In this document: positions 9,870 to 19,990 of the stretch, piece by piece
How the letters are laid out: every line of letters begins with the position of its first letter
Position numbering within the stretch: position 1 is the first letter of the stretch
NCBI GenBank assembly: GCA_965218295.1
Contig: CBDCKN010000009.1
Location: forward strand, 192,001 to 256,000
Length of the DNA stretch: 64,000 nucleotides
From: Longimicrobiales bacterium
Lineage (GTDB): Bacteria > Gemmatimonadota > Gemmatimonadetes > Longimicrobiales > Gaopeijiaceae
Direction: 5' to 3'
The notes under the pieces: generated by a model
The model's database searches: none
What the model saw: the letters and a program-made list of their open reading frames with translations, nothing else
Told to the model about the DNA's origin: nothing
Translations under genes and position numbers: made by a program

Positions 9870-11108
9870 CTACGTGGACATCCCCCGCGCCGCGATCCGC
9901 CAGACGGCCTCCACCCGGTCGTTCCGAATCGCATACATCTGGTCGTAGAGATTAACCACCGGGTCGCAGTGCGACACGATCACCTCGAGCGTGTCTCCGA
10001 CACGGTACGTCCTCGAGGGGTCGTCGTAGCGGAGGGTTCCGAATTCGTCCGAGCCGGGCTGGTAGGTCATCCCCGTCTCGCCTTTGACGATCGGCCATGG
10101 TCGATTGATCGTACACGCTTTGGCGCCCGCATCGGTCGTGACCCTTCCCTCGTACTGGTCGTTGAGCACCGTCGTGAGGATCGTCAGAGAAGGCTGGAAG
10201 TCTGAATACACCTCGGCGTCGGTCGCCCCACCGATCGCCACATACTGCGCATCCATGAAGACGAAGCTGCCCACTTGGACGTCGGTGACGCCCGCAGTCT
10301 CGTGGTCGATGTTGTAGGTGCCGGTGCCCCCGCCACTGAAGATCTCCGTGTTCAGACCTGATCGCCGCATAAGGGCGAACGTCTCGGCGGCTGGCGCGAG
10401 TTGTTCGAGCGCTCGCGTCTTGCGGGCCTCGAACCCTTTCACGTGCTGCGTCCCGCCGTCGTAGCACAGCATACCTCGCAGTCGGAGCCCGGGCAGCTGG
10501 TCGACCAGCCGGGCCAATTCGATAGCCGGCTCCCCCGCGGTGATGCCGGTGCGATGCCCCCCCGGGTCGACGTCGACCACGACGTCGGCCACTATGCCGG
10601 CGGCCTGCGCCGCCTCAGACAGATCGCGGGCGTTCCCGGGGGCGTCGGTCGCCTGGACGAACCCGGGGCACCATTTTCTCAGATTCATCGCCTGGCTGAT
10701 CTTGAACGGCGTCACATTGGTCGTCGTCATGAGGATCTGGTCGATGCCATGCTCGAACATGACCCTCGCCTCGCTCACCTTGGCGGTGCAGATGCCAACC
10801 GAGCCGCTCTCGAGCTGTAGCCGAGCGATCGCGGGACATTTGTGGGTCTTCGCGTGAGGACGACTGGCTATGCCGTTACGCGAGACCGTCTGCTGCATCG
10901 TGGCCAGGTTGGTCTCGAGCGCATCGAGATCGACGCACAGAGCCGGTGTGTCGAGCTCCCATTTCGAAACGTCGAGCTCCATCACTCCGGCCGAGTCGAG
11001 GGACCGCATCTCGGCCGACGTGTACCCCTTCACCGACGTTGGAACCCAAACGGCGGCCGCACCGGCGCTCTGCAGGAAGCGGCGGCGGGACACGGAATTG
11101 CTGTTCAC
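9870..11108 (-). CDS. DSD1 / D-threonine aldolase-like fold-type III PLP enzyme with Tat signal
   Basis: SRRRFLQ twin-Arg motif; RPHAKTHK PLP lysine; SGGGTGT; SHCDPVVN. Confidence 0.88.
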   Translation of the reverse strand: MNSNSVSRRRFLQSAGAAAVWVPTSVKGYTSAEMRSLDSAGVMELDVSKWELDTPALCVDLDALETNLATMQQTVSRNGIASRPHAKTHKCPAIARLQLESGSVGICTAKVSEARVMFEHGIDQILMTTTNVTPFKISQAMNLRKWCPGFVQATDAPGNARDLSEAAQAAGIVADVVVDVDPGGHRTGITAGEPAIELARLVDQLPGLRLRGMLCYDGGTQHVKGFEARKTRALEQLAPAAETFALMRRSGLNTEIFSGGGTGTYNIDHETAGVTDVQVGSFVFMDAQYVAIGGATDAEVYSDFQPSLTILTTVLNDQYEGRVTTDAGAKACTINRPWPIVKGETGMTYQPGSDEFGTLRYDDPSRTYRVGDTLEVIVSHCDPVVNLYDQMYAIRNDRVEAVWRIAARGMST

Positions 11109-11393
11109 GGGACTTCTCCAGAAAAAAGGAATGTCGATATCCAACGAATCACGAAACAGGGCTTCATGGCAGCACTGGACAAACCGGCGGTCAACTTCGG
11201 GGGCATCTGCTTCAAGCCGGAAATGCGAACAAAGATGCGACCCGGCTACTCCCCCAGCAAGCAGATCTTCGCGGTCGGCGGATGACCCTCTCGCAGGCGA
11301 AGCGCGTCCGTTGCTGCATTGCGGTCTTCGCGATGTCGCACCGATCATGGACGTGCGCCATTGGTACGATCCGGCGCTCCAGTCGTTGAGGGG

Positions 11394-11990
11394 ATGATGA
11401 CACACGACGACCACTTACTCATGGGTCGCCTCCAGGCAGGCGACGAACAGGCCATGTCGGTGCTCCTGGCGGAGCACTGGACGTCGGTGGTGAACTATGC
11501 TTTCGGATTCGTGGGAAGCTGGGACAAGGCCGAGGACGTGGCCCAAGACGCATTCGTACGCATCTGGGAGGGGAGGAAGAAGTGGTCGCGCGGCTCCTTG
11601 GGAGCCTTGGTTCACCGCATCGCCAGGAACGCGGCACTGGACGTGCTCAAGTCACCCCGCCATGCGGCTCCACGCGAGGACCCCGACACGCTCGTCGGCG
11701 TAGGCACTCCCGATCGGGACGTCGAGCTGTCCGAGCTGAATCAGGCGGTCGCCAAGGCCATGCGAGAGCTCCCCCCGCGTCGCAGGGAAGTCTTCAAGCT
11801 GGCGCGTGAGAGCGGGTTCTCCTACGCGGAGATCGCCGAGATCATGGGACTATCCAGGCAGACCGTCGCCAACCACCTGAGCCTGGCCCTGAGCGATTTG
11901 AGGGTCATGCTCCGGCCCTTCCTGCCGGAGCCGGCAACGGAGGGCGAGGCGCCGAACGACACCCGCACGACTACCACAGGCGAGGCGTAG
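11394..11990 (+). CDS. ECF sigma-70 factor (FecI-like)
   Basis: AEDVAQDAFVRIW; LPPRRREVFKL..SYAEIAEIMGLSRQTV; precedes FecR. Confidence 0.9.
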   Translation: MMTHDDHLLMGRLQAGDEQAMSVLLAEHWTSVVNYAFGFVGSWDKAEDVAQDAFVRIWEGRKKWSRGSLGALVHRIARNAALDVLKSPRHAAPREDPDTLVGVGTPDRDVELSELNQAVAKAMRELPPRRREVFKLARESGFSYAEIAEIMGLSRQTVANHLSLALSDLRVMLRPFLPEPATEGEAPNDTRTTTTGEA

Positions 11991-12038
11991 CAGGTGCCTT
12001 CACAGAATACATCCGGCCGCTAGGCGCGGAGGGTCACA

Positions 12039-13016
12039 ATGGACGACATAATCTTCAGGGTCCTGAACGGGAAGGCCGAGCCGATCGAAGAGCTCCGCCT
12101 GGCCAACTGGCGTGCCGAGTCGTCCCGAAACGAACAGTACTTCAGAGAGGTCTCGGCCATATGGCAGTGGACGGCCTCACCGGCGAACGACTCCCAGTCG
12201 GTCCCGCCCCCTCCATCCCTCGAGGCGATCATAAGCCAGGGAGAAGCGCTCAGGCGACAGGACGTACGTCTCCGCTTCGCCCGGGGAATCGGGCGCAGGG
12301 AGATTCGGCCCTGGGCTGCCGCGGCAGTGATCGCAGCCGTGAGCCTGGGAGTCTGGATCGGTCGCCTGGGCCCCGGCGCCGCCGAGGTCATGGGTACCGA
12401 ATACTTCGCGGGAAGCACGGAGGCGGTAACCGTGGCTCTCGCCGATGGAAGCTTCATCCGCCTTGGGGCGGGAAGCCGTGTGCGCTTCGTAGAGCACGCA
12501 GAGCTCAGAGAGACGTGGCTGAGCGGGCGTGGCTTCTTCGGGGTGGAGGCCGACACCGAGCGACCCTTCGTGGTCCACACCGACCTGGGCGACGCCCGAG
12601 TGCTGGGAACGCGCTTCGAGATTGCGAGCGGGGACGCAGAGCTGAAGGTGATCGTCGTGGAGGGGCGGGTGGCCGTCACTTCCACGAACGGGCGTGCGGC
12701 AGAGGTCTCCCGCGGGCAGGTCGCCCGCCTGGGGACCAACGGCGACTTCTCCGTGGAGACGGTCGAGAACGTGTACGACCTCCTCGACTGGTCGGGGGGG
12801 ATTCTGCTCTTCCAGAGCACTCCCCTTCCGCAGGTCGTGGAGGAGGTAGCCGCTCACTTCGGAGTGGCGATTGGGCTGAACAATCCCGCTCTGTCGACGC
12901 GTACCGTGACAGCGTGGTTCGGGGACGACACCCTCGACGAGGTCGTCGAGTCCATCTGCCTGTTGGTCCAGGCGGAGTGCGAGATCGACCCGGAAGGCGT
13001 CAGGATCGGTGGATAG
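12039..13016 (+). CDS. FecR-family anti-sigma / signal transducer
   Basis: LADGSFIRL, ARVLGTRF, VVEGRVAV and FQSTPLPQVVEEV motifs; single TM segment. Confidence 0.9.
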   Translation: MDDIIFRVLNGKAEPIEELRLANWRAESSRNEQYFREVSAIWQWTASPANDSQSVPPPPSLEAIISQGEALRRQDVRLRFARGIGRREIRPWAAAAVIAAVSLGVWIGRLGPGAAEVMGTEYFAGSTEAVTVALADGSFIRLGAGSRVRFVEHAELRETWLSGRGFFGVEADTERPFVVHTDLGDARVLGTRFEIASGDAELKVIVVEGRVAVTSTNGRAAEVSRGQVARLGTNGDFSVETVENVYDLLDWSGGILLFQSTPLPQVVEEVAAHFGVAIGLNNPALSTRTVTAWFGDDTLDEVVESICLLVQAECEIDPEGVRIGG

Positions 13017-13074
13017 GGACGTGTCATCGGAGAGCCGAGGACGTGTGGTCAGACGGAGGGAAGGGGAGGTAGGC

Positions 13075-14100
13075 ATGACGGGGTGGCGGAGTGGGGTCTG
13101 CGGCGCAGTGGCAGTTGTGGTGGCGTTCGCGCTGGGCGGATCGTTGTCCGGTGCCGGAGCCCAGACCGGTGGAAACACCGGACTCCTGGCCCGGAAGGCG
13201 AACCTGGAAGTGGAGGGGGTGTCGATCATCGATGCCCTCAGGCGTCTGCAGGCCCGCTCCGCCGTACCCATCGGCTTCAGCTCGGAGTCGATACCTCCGC
13301 GTCTCAGAGTGTTCTGCTCCTGCGTCGACAAGACGGTTCACGAAGCCCTGAGATCCTTCTCGAGGGTACCGGGCTGATCTTCACGGGTCGGCGCAACCAG
13401 ATCCTGGTCACACGACCCGGAGAACCCGACGTCCCAGTTCGAGACACGGGAGTCGTGGGGGGCTTCGTGCGTGAGGTCGAAACGGGCAACCCCATCGGTG
13501 CGGCCCGGGTTGAGCTGCGCGAGCTGCGTGTCGCCACGCTGACCGGAGCCGACGGTCGCTTCCTCATCCCCTCCGTCCCTCCGGGAGCCTACACCCTCGA
13601 CGTGGACGCCCTCGGGTTCCGCAGCGAAGGGGTCCGTCGCGCCGACGTCACGTTGGACCGTCCCACGATCGTGGATCTCCGGCTGGCGCGAGATCCCCTC
13701 GCTCTCGCCGAGATCGTCGTCGCCCCGGGCACGTTCGGGATCGGGGGCGACGAGGCCACGTTGATCCGGCAGACGCTCACCGAGGAGGAGATGCAAGCTC
13801 TGCCCCAACTCGGTGAAGACGTCTTCCGCATGATGGAGCGCATCCCTGGGTGTGGCAACGGGCGACATCTCGGCCAAGATGAACGTGCGCGGTGGCAACG
13901 ACGACGAGTTGCTGATCATGCTCGACGGCACCGAGCTCTTCGAGCCGTACCACATGAAGGATCTGGATGCGGTCATGGGGATTGTGGACGTTCAGACTCT
14001 GGGTGGTCTGGACCTCATCGCCGGAGGGCTCCCCACGGAGTACGGAGACTGTATGACGGGTCTGCTCGACATGCGGACGAAGCAGCCGATCGGAAACGGC
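13075..14100 (+). pseudogene. TonB-dependent receptor 5' part (signal, STN-like, carboxypeptidase-regulatory-like, plug start); frameshifts near 13350 and 13848; cut by IS
   Basis: Three overlapping frames give a continuous TBDR N-terminus that ends exactly at the IS left end. Confidence 0.8.
13421..14100 (+). repeat. Diverged direct repeat copy 1 (680 bp)
   Basis: Aligns colinearly with 15370..16048, from AGAACCCGACG to AACGGC. Confidence 0.95.
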
Positions 14101-15370
14101 GAGCTAGGATCAAAGGGTGTGTAAAAAGAGAGGCGACGTACCTTTGCGCTGAGATTTAAACCAGCGAGCCCGGGTGACAGCCCGGGGAAAGGAACGTCGC
14201 CTCATGAGAGAGGATATCGCGGGACCCCAGGGTGCGTCCAGCAGGCCGATGTGGGAGACGCTCGAGGGGATGGTTCGGGAGAAGGCGCAGGAGTTCATCC
14301 AACAGATCATGGAGGAGGAAGTCACGGAGTTGTTAGGCCGGGAGAAGTCAGAGCGCAGGAGTACGGTGGACTCGGCCGAGGGCTACCGCAACGGATACGG
14401 CAAGCTGAGGCGGTTGGCGATGAGCTCGGGCACGATCACACTCCGACGCCCTCGGGTTCGGGGCGTCGAGGAGCGGTTCGAGAGTCGGGTGCTGCCGTTG
14501 TTCGCGAGGCGGACGAAGGAGCTGGGCGCTCTGCTTCCGGAGCTGTATCTGCACGGACTGGCAGAGGGAGACTTCGAGCTGGCGATGCGGGGACTGCTAG
14601 GCGAGGGGGCACCGCTGTCGAAGTCTTCGATTCGGAGACTGCGGGCGGGATGGACGGCGGAGTTCGAGGAATGGAGCCAGCGTCGCCTGGAGGGCCGTGA
14701 GGTCGTCTACGTATGGGCGGACGGGATCTACGTGAAGGCAGGGCTCGAGCGGGACAAGGCGGCGCTACTGGTGGTGCTGGGCGTGATGCGAGACGGGACG
14801 AAGGAGGCGTTGGCCCTGAGATCGGGCTACCGAGAGTCGGTCGAGTCCTGGTCGGAGGTGTTGCGGGATCTGAAGGCACGCGGCATCGAGGCGCCCCGGC
14901 TTTTGATGGCGGACGGCAACGCGGCGATCTGGGGCGCAGTACGGCAGGTATGGCCTGAGGCGGGCGAGCAACGGTGCTGGAACCACAAGATGAGGAACGT
15001 GCTGGACCGGCTGCCTCAGCGGGAGCAGAGCGAGGCGAAGGATCTTCTCAGGGCCGTGGTCTACGCACCGAGCCGGGCCGAGGCGGTGAGGGCCCGTGAG
15101 GCGTTCGCCAGACGCTACAGGCCGTGGTATCCGAAAGCGGTGGACGTACTCGAGGACGACTGGGAGCGGATGGTGGCCTTCTACGACTTCCCCGAGGATC
15201 ACTGGAAGCATCTACGCACGACGAACGTGGTCGAGAGCCCGTTCGCTGCGGTACGGCTCAGGACGACGGCGGCGAAGCGGTTCAAGCGAGTGGAGAGCGC
15301 TACGGCGCTGATCTGGAAGTTACTCTTGGTGGCCGAGAAGCGGTTCCGAAGGCTCGACGCTCCTCACCTA
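14101..15370 (+). mobile_element. IS256-family element (transposase from 14204); no stop codon or right end
   Basis: DDE residues in WADGIY, MADGNA and TNVVES, plus QRCWNH; left end shared with 898(-); frame runs on into TBDR sequence. Confidence 0.93.
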
Positions 15371-16048
15371 GAACCCGACGCCCCAGTGCGAGACACGGAA
15401 GTCGTGGGGGGCTTCGTGCGTGAGGTCGAAACGGGCAACCCCATCGGCGCGGCCCGGGTTGAGCTGCGCGAGCTGCGTCTCGCTACGCTGACCGGCGCCG
15501 ACGGTCGCTTCCTCATCCCCTCCGTCCCTCCGGGAGGCTACACCCTCGACGTGAACGCCCTCGGGTTCCGCAGCGAAGGGCTCCGTCGCACTGAAGTCAC
15601 CCTAGACCGTCCCACGATTCTGGATGTCCGCCTGATGCGAGATCCCCTGGCGCTCGCCGAGATCGTCGTCGCCCCGGGTACGTTCGGGATCGGGGGCGAC
15701 GAGGCCACGTTGATGCGACAGACGCTCACACAGGAGGAGATGCAGGCCCTTCCTCAACTCGGCGAGGACGTCTTCCGTATGATGGAGCGCATCCCGGGTG
15801 TGGCGACCGGCGACATCTCGGCCAAGATGAACGTGCGCGGGGCTTACCCAGACGAATTGTTGATCCAGCTCGACGGCGTCGAGCTCTTCGAGCCGTACCA
15901 TATGAAGGATCTGGACGCGGTCATGGGGATTGTGGACGTTCAGACGCTGCGCGGTCTGAGCCTCATCGCCGGGGGGCTCCCCGCGGAATACGGAGACCGT
16001 ATGACTGGTCTGCTCGACATGCGGACGAAACAGCCGATCGGCAACGGC
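15370..16048 (+). repeat. Diverged direct repeat copy 2 (679 bp)
   Basis: Counterpart of 13421..14100 with many substitutions and one fewer base. Confidence 0.95.
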
Positions 16049-17719
16049 AGGCGCAACTCGATCGGGTTCAGCATCTCCAACGTCACGGCACGGAGTCAGG
16101 GGACTTTCAACGACGGTCGGGGGGGCTGGATGGTCTCGGGCAGGCGCGGGTTCCTGGACATCCTTTTGGCGCTAGCCCAGGACGGGAACGACGACAACGA
16201 GGATATCTCACCCCGCTACTTCGACGTGATGGGCAAGGTCGAGTTCCTGGCTGGTGCCCGCCATCGGTTCTCGGCGCACATACTTTACGCGGGTGACGAC
16301 CTCGACCTCAAGGCCGTCAGCGTGCTCAACAACAGTAACTCACAGGGCGAGTTGCTCACGGACTGGCGGAATGCGAACGCCTGGCTGAATTGGGGCTGGC
16401 AGCTCGCGCCCTCGCTGGATGCTTCGACGACGCTCTCCTTCGCCTCCCTTTCGCGAAACCGAAGCGGATTCGATTTGGAACCGGGCTCCTCGGAGATCGC
16501 GGATGCCATCACAGTGAGCGACAGGGCCGCATTCGATTTCCTGACCGCGAAACAGAACTGGCGCTGGGCCGCCGCCGACAGGGTCGTGCTCAAGTTCGGT
16601 GGCCAGCTTCGCTTCTCGAAGGCTCGGTACAACTATCGCAGCGAGATCGGCGAGGAGTTCGACTTAGGAGACGGCACGGTGGGAGTCGACGTCGACTCCG
16701 TCCGCGTCTCTCTCCGGCCGGAATCCACCGAGACCGGCGCCTATTTGGCGACCCGGCTCCAGCCCCACGATCGAGTGGTCCTCGAGGTTGGGGGCCGTTA
16801 CGACTACCGCAGCCACACGTCGGACTCCGACATCTCGCCGAGAGTGCAGGCGGCCCTTGAATTGACCACGAATACGACGCTGCGGGCGAGCTGGGGGGCT
16901 TACTACCAATCCCACGGATTGGATGAGCTGTCCGCCGTGGACGGGGACACGCTGTTCTTCCCCTCCGAACGTGCGAACCAGATTGCCGCGGGGATCGAGC
17001 ATGGCTTCGCGCGTGGGTGGCAGGTGAGGGCCGAGGTGTACCATCGCACCGTCTCCCATCCGCGGCCCCGCTATCTCAACGTCATACGAGAAATCATCCC
17101 GTTCCCCGAGGTCGGGAACGGCAGGGTCCGTTTCCTGCCTGAGCGGGGACGTGCCGACGGACTGGAGCTCACCCTAGCGGGACCACTTGGTAACCAATCC
17201 GACTGGACGGCGAGCTACGTGCTGGCGCGGGCCGAGGACAGGCTGGACGGTCGGTGGGTTCCGAGGACGCTCGATCAACGCCACACCTTCAACACGCGCT
17301 GGCACTACCGGCCGAACAGTGCCTGGGAGTTCTCCGCAGGTTGGCAGTACCACACGGGGTGGCCCAGCACCCCGATGGAGTTTCAGGTCGACACGCTGGG
17401 GACTTTCCCCGTCGACGACCCCCCTCCACCCGGGTCGCGATCTTGCAACCCCGACTTTTGCCTCCAACTGCTGGTCAACGAGCGGCCCGGCCCGATCAAT
17501 GCCGAACGACTGCCGGCCTACCATCGCATGGATCTCCGTGTTACCCGGACGTTCCAGGTGGGCGGGGGCACGTTGAGCGCCTTCCTGGACGTCTTCAACC
17601 TCTACAATCGGGAGAACCTGCGATCCTACGACTACAAGGTCGAGCTTCCGTCGGGAAGGGTGATCCCGAACATCGGTGAGACGCTCCTGCCCTCGTTCGG
17701 CTTGACCTGGGAGTTCTGA
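15371..17719 (+). CDS. TonB-dependent receptor body, in frame with the upstream transposase (ORF 14174..17719)
   Basis: Plug (MERIPGV, NVRG), barrel strands, FLDVFNLYNREN and C-terminal LTWEF. Confidence 0.85.
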   Translation, partial: EPDAPVRDTEVVGGFVREVETGNPIGAARVELRELRLATLTGADGRFLIPSVPPGGYTLDVNALGFRSEGLRRTEVTLDRPTILDVRLMRDPLALAEIVVAPGTFGIGGDEATLMRQTLTQEEMQALPQLGEDVFRMMERIPGVATGDISAKMNVRGAYPDELLIQLDGVELFEPYHMKDLDAVMGIVDVQTLRGLSLIAGGLPAEYGDRMTGLLDMRTKQPIGNGRRNSIGFSISNVTARSQGTFNDGRGGWMVSGRRGFLDILLALAQDGNDDNEDISPRYFDVMGKVEFLAGARHRFSAHILYAGDDLDLKAVSVLNNSNSQGELLTDWRNANAWLNWGWQLAPSLDASTTLSFASLSRNRSGFDLEPGSSEIADAITVSDRAAFDFLTAKQNWRWAAADRVVLKFGGQLRFSKARYNYRSEIGEEFDLGDGTVGVDVDSVRVSLRPESTETGAYLATRLQPHDRVVLEVGGRYDYRSHTSDSDISPRVQAALELTTNTTLRASWGAYYQSHGLDELSAVDGDTLFFPSERANQIAAGIEHGFARGWQVRAEVYHRTVSHPRPRYLNVIREIIPFPEVGNGRVRFLPERGRADGLELTLAGPLGNQSDWTASYVLARAEDRLDGRWVPRTLDQRHTFNTRWHYRPNSAWEFSAGWQYHTGWPSTPMEFQVDTLGTFPVDDPPPPGSRSCNPDFCLQLLVNERPGPINAERLPAYHRMDLRVTRTFQVGGGTLSAFLDVFNLYNRENLRSYDYKVELPSGRVIPNIGETLLPSFGLTWEF

Positions 17720-17780
17720 CCGGGACCGGCCGGAGGCGTGGGTGCTGTCGGCGGGAGCGGGTCCTGAGTGAGGGACGGGA

Positions 17781-17927
17781 CCCGTCCCCCCTGTCACATT
17801 CGGGGCTCCTCATTCGTTTCCATGCACGATGAGAACTCCTAACCAGGACTTAGATACGGAGTACCCAATAAAATCGACAGGTTGTGTCCTTGCGGTGGTG
17901 GTTGCAGTGCTGGTGGGGTGCGGTGAC
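17781..17927 (+). repeat. Promoter-leader-lipoprotein signal cassette, copy 1
   Basis: CCCGTCCCCCCTGTCACATTCGGGGCTCCTCATTCGTTTC...GATGAGAACTCCTA...ACGGAGTACCCAAT...GCGGTGGTG...TGCGGTGAC shared with two downstream copies. Confidence 0.9.
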
Positions 17928-18357
17928 AACAACCCGATCGGCTCCGAGTTGGGACCCGTCTTTGACTCGACCGGCCCCGGGATGGATGGCTTGGGTGGGC
18001 AACGGGCGCTCTGGGAGGCCCAGGGCCTCGGACTACACGTACGGTGTACGGCGAGTTTGCCTTTGCCCCTTCAGGGAGGAAGTCCGAGTCACCGTGGTGG
18101 ACGGAGCCGTGGCTGGAGCCACCGACCTCGTGACGGGAGACGTGTTGGAGCCCAACGAGGTGCAATGGTACCTGACGATCGACGGCCTCTTCGATCTCTT
18201 GCAGGAGGCGTACGATCGGAACGCTCACGAGGTCCAGGTGGAGTACGATGCGAGCCGTGGCTACCCGACCCGGATCTTCATCGACTATTTGGAGATGGTC
18301 CTGGACGAAGAGGTGAGCTTCACGCTGTTGGGTGACGTGCGGGCCTTGGGAGACTGA
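17829..18357 (+). CDS. Lipoprotein with DUF6174-like domain; frameshift near 18029
   Basis: Lipobox LVGC; RALWEAQGL continues as DYTYGVRRVCLCP...TIDGLFDLL...YDASRGYPTRIFID in another frame. Confidence 0.75.
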
Positions 18358-18410
18358 CGCTCATCACCGAGCCCGACCATGAACCTCCGTTTTGAACGAG
18401 GGTGTAGATG

Positions 18411-18436
18411 GGAACCTCCGCGTCGATCCCAACGTC
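18411..18436 (+). promoter_or_regulatory. Candidate ECF promoter GGAACC-N16-CGTC
   Basis: Canonical ECF AAC/CGT elements immediately upstream of the 18448 ORF. Confidence 0.4.
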
Positions 18437-18447
18437 AGAACGGGTGA

Positions 18448-19023
18448 GTGATGACTGACATGCTATTTTTGCCTTCCCTGCCGTACTGGCTTGCCCTGAT
18501 CTTCTGGTCTGCCATTGTTGTGGGCCTCGTGGCCTCCGGCCTCGGACTCGTCCGGCAACGCGCATCCCTGCTGATCGGCGGCGCGATCTTGGTGTTACCG
18601 GCCTCGCTGTATCTGACCGCGACGCCGCGGTTTCAGTACGTCGGATGGGTGCCCGTGGCGTGCCTGCTCTTGGCCGCATACGCCGTGCGGCGGGACAAGG
18701 TGTGGATCGGCGGGCTATTGGTCGCTGCCGGGGTCATATTCTGGAGCGTGGTGGCCTCGATGCTCTTCTTCCCGATCCTGCTCCATGTGCTGGGGGCGGG
18801 CGCAACCATCGGGCTCGTGGCCGCACGTCACCTCAGCTGGAAGGTGGCGGTGTACGTCCCAGTCGGGATCGTCGGTGCGTTCGTTGGCGCCTTGCTGAGT
18901 TTTGGCGATGCGCCGTTGCTCATGCGGTACCCCTATCTCAACCCGTGGACCTTGTCCGTCCTGGCGGCGGTCCTCCTCGTGACGGCTCTTGGGGTTGCGG
19001 ACAGGAAGGTATTCGGCCGCTGA
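18448..19023 (+). CDS. Hypothetical multi-pass membrane protein
   Basis: About 7 hydrophobic segments; GIVGAFVG motif near the C-terminus. Confidence 0.75.
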   Translation: MMTDMLFLPSLPYWLALIFWSAIVVGLVASGLGLVRQRASLLIGGAILVLPASLYLTATPRFQYVGWVPVACLLLAAYAVRRDKVWIGGLLVAAGVIFWSVVASMLFFPILLHVLGAGATIGLVAARHLSWKVAVYVPVGIVGAFVGALLSFGDAPLLMRYPYLNPWTLSVLAAVLLVTALGVADRKVFGR

Positions 19024-19164
19024 CGGCTCGCCCTCGTGGCTTGGAGGTCCGTTAACGACGTGCTGATCAGGAGCTTCCAGGGGGGAGGGTCTCGGCTCGC
19101 TCAAGCAGGGTGCCGGACTCGGAAAGGGCCTTTGAAATCCTTCTATGGGGCCAGCGAATCTTCA

Positions 19165-19365
19165 GGGCGGCCGTTTCACTGCCGACCCTGTCCCGTCCCC
19201 CCTGTCACATTCGGGGCCCTCATTCGTTTCTAGGCTCGATGAGAGTTCCTAGCCAGACTGAAAGTATGGAATACCCAATGAAATTGAGAGATTTTGTACT
19301 TACGGTGTTGGATTTTGTGCTTGCGGTGGTGGCTGTGGTGCTGGCGGGGTGCGGCGACGACCCGA
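19165..19365 (+). repeat. Promoter-leader-lipoprotein signal cassette, copy 2
   Basis: Same leader; 21-bp imperfect tandem duplication in the signal peptide (DFVLTVL/DFVLAVV). Confidence 0.9.
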
Positions 19366-19721
19366 CGTTTCCCAGCGAACTCCAGGGCGGAGTACTCGCG
19401 ACGTTCCAGGTCGAGGCAGAGCAGTTCAAGCTCTGGGTGACCAACGAGAGCACGATCCAGCAGATCCTGGATCTGCAGGCGGGCACCAGCACCGCGTCGA
19501 TTCCGAACGGGCCAGTCTTGGAAGGTGCTGGACCGGCCGCATACAACAGCCCCTACTCCTGGCACCTCGACGCGGTCGAAACCGAGATGGCCGACGCCAC
19601 CATCGAGCTCTGCGACGGGCTCCCGAGTTTCGTTGAGGAGAACCTGGATTCGTGGCTGGACGAAGTCGGACAGTACTGCCCCTGGTCGGCACAGTTGCTC
19701 AGCGTGGAGGACTACCGCTGA
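19278..19721 (+). CDS. Lipoprotein, BP74-related domain
   Basis: Lipobox LAGC; YNSPYSWHLD, TIELCDGLPSFVEE and YCPWSA motifs. Confidence 0.75.
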   Translation: MKLRDFVLTVLDFVLAVVAVVLAGCGDDPTFPSELQGGVLATFQVEAEQFKLWVTNESTIQQILDLQAGTSTASIPNGPVLEGAGPAAYNSPYSWHLDAVETEMADATIELCDGLPSFVEENLDSWLDEVGQYCPWSAQLLSVEDYR

Positions 19722-19810
19722 CCGAAGCAGGACACCGAACCGAAGGAAACGGGCGACGAAGGTAGTCCCATCCAACCATTCCAACGCCCGAGCGGCCATC
19801 CCATCATTCG

Positions 19811-19990
19811 GGGTGGCCGTTTCACTGCCGACCCTGCCCCGTCCCCCTGTCACATTCGGGGCTCCTCATTCGTTTCCATGGGCGATGAGAACTCCTAGCC
19901 GGGACTGAAGTACGGAGTAACCAATGAGATCAGGTTGTGTCTTCGCGGTGGTGGCCGCGGTGGTAGTGGCGTGCGGTGACGGCCCGACCG
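19811..19990 (+). repeat. Promoter-leader-lipoprotein signal cassette, copy 3
   Basis: Same leader, sharing an extra upstream GGCCGTTTCACTGCCGACCCTG with copy 2. Confidence 0.9.

Noticed and set aside
14174..17719. 1181-aa ORF as a genuine evolved transposase-receptor protein
   Set aside because: It has no signal peptide, the IS right end is missing and the junction coincides with the repeat boundary; a rearrangement or assembly join explains it better.
17781..19990. CRISPR array or integron attC array explanation for the three repeats
   Set aside because: The units are long, include the RBS and signal-peptide codons, lie 5' of genes and lack RYYYAAC/GTTRRRY ends; no cas or intI gene is present.
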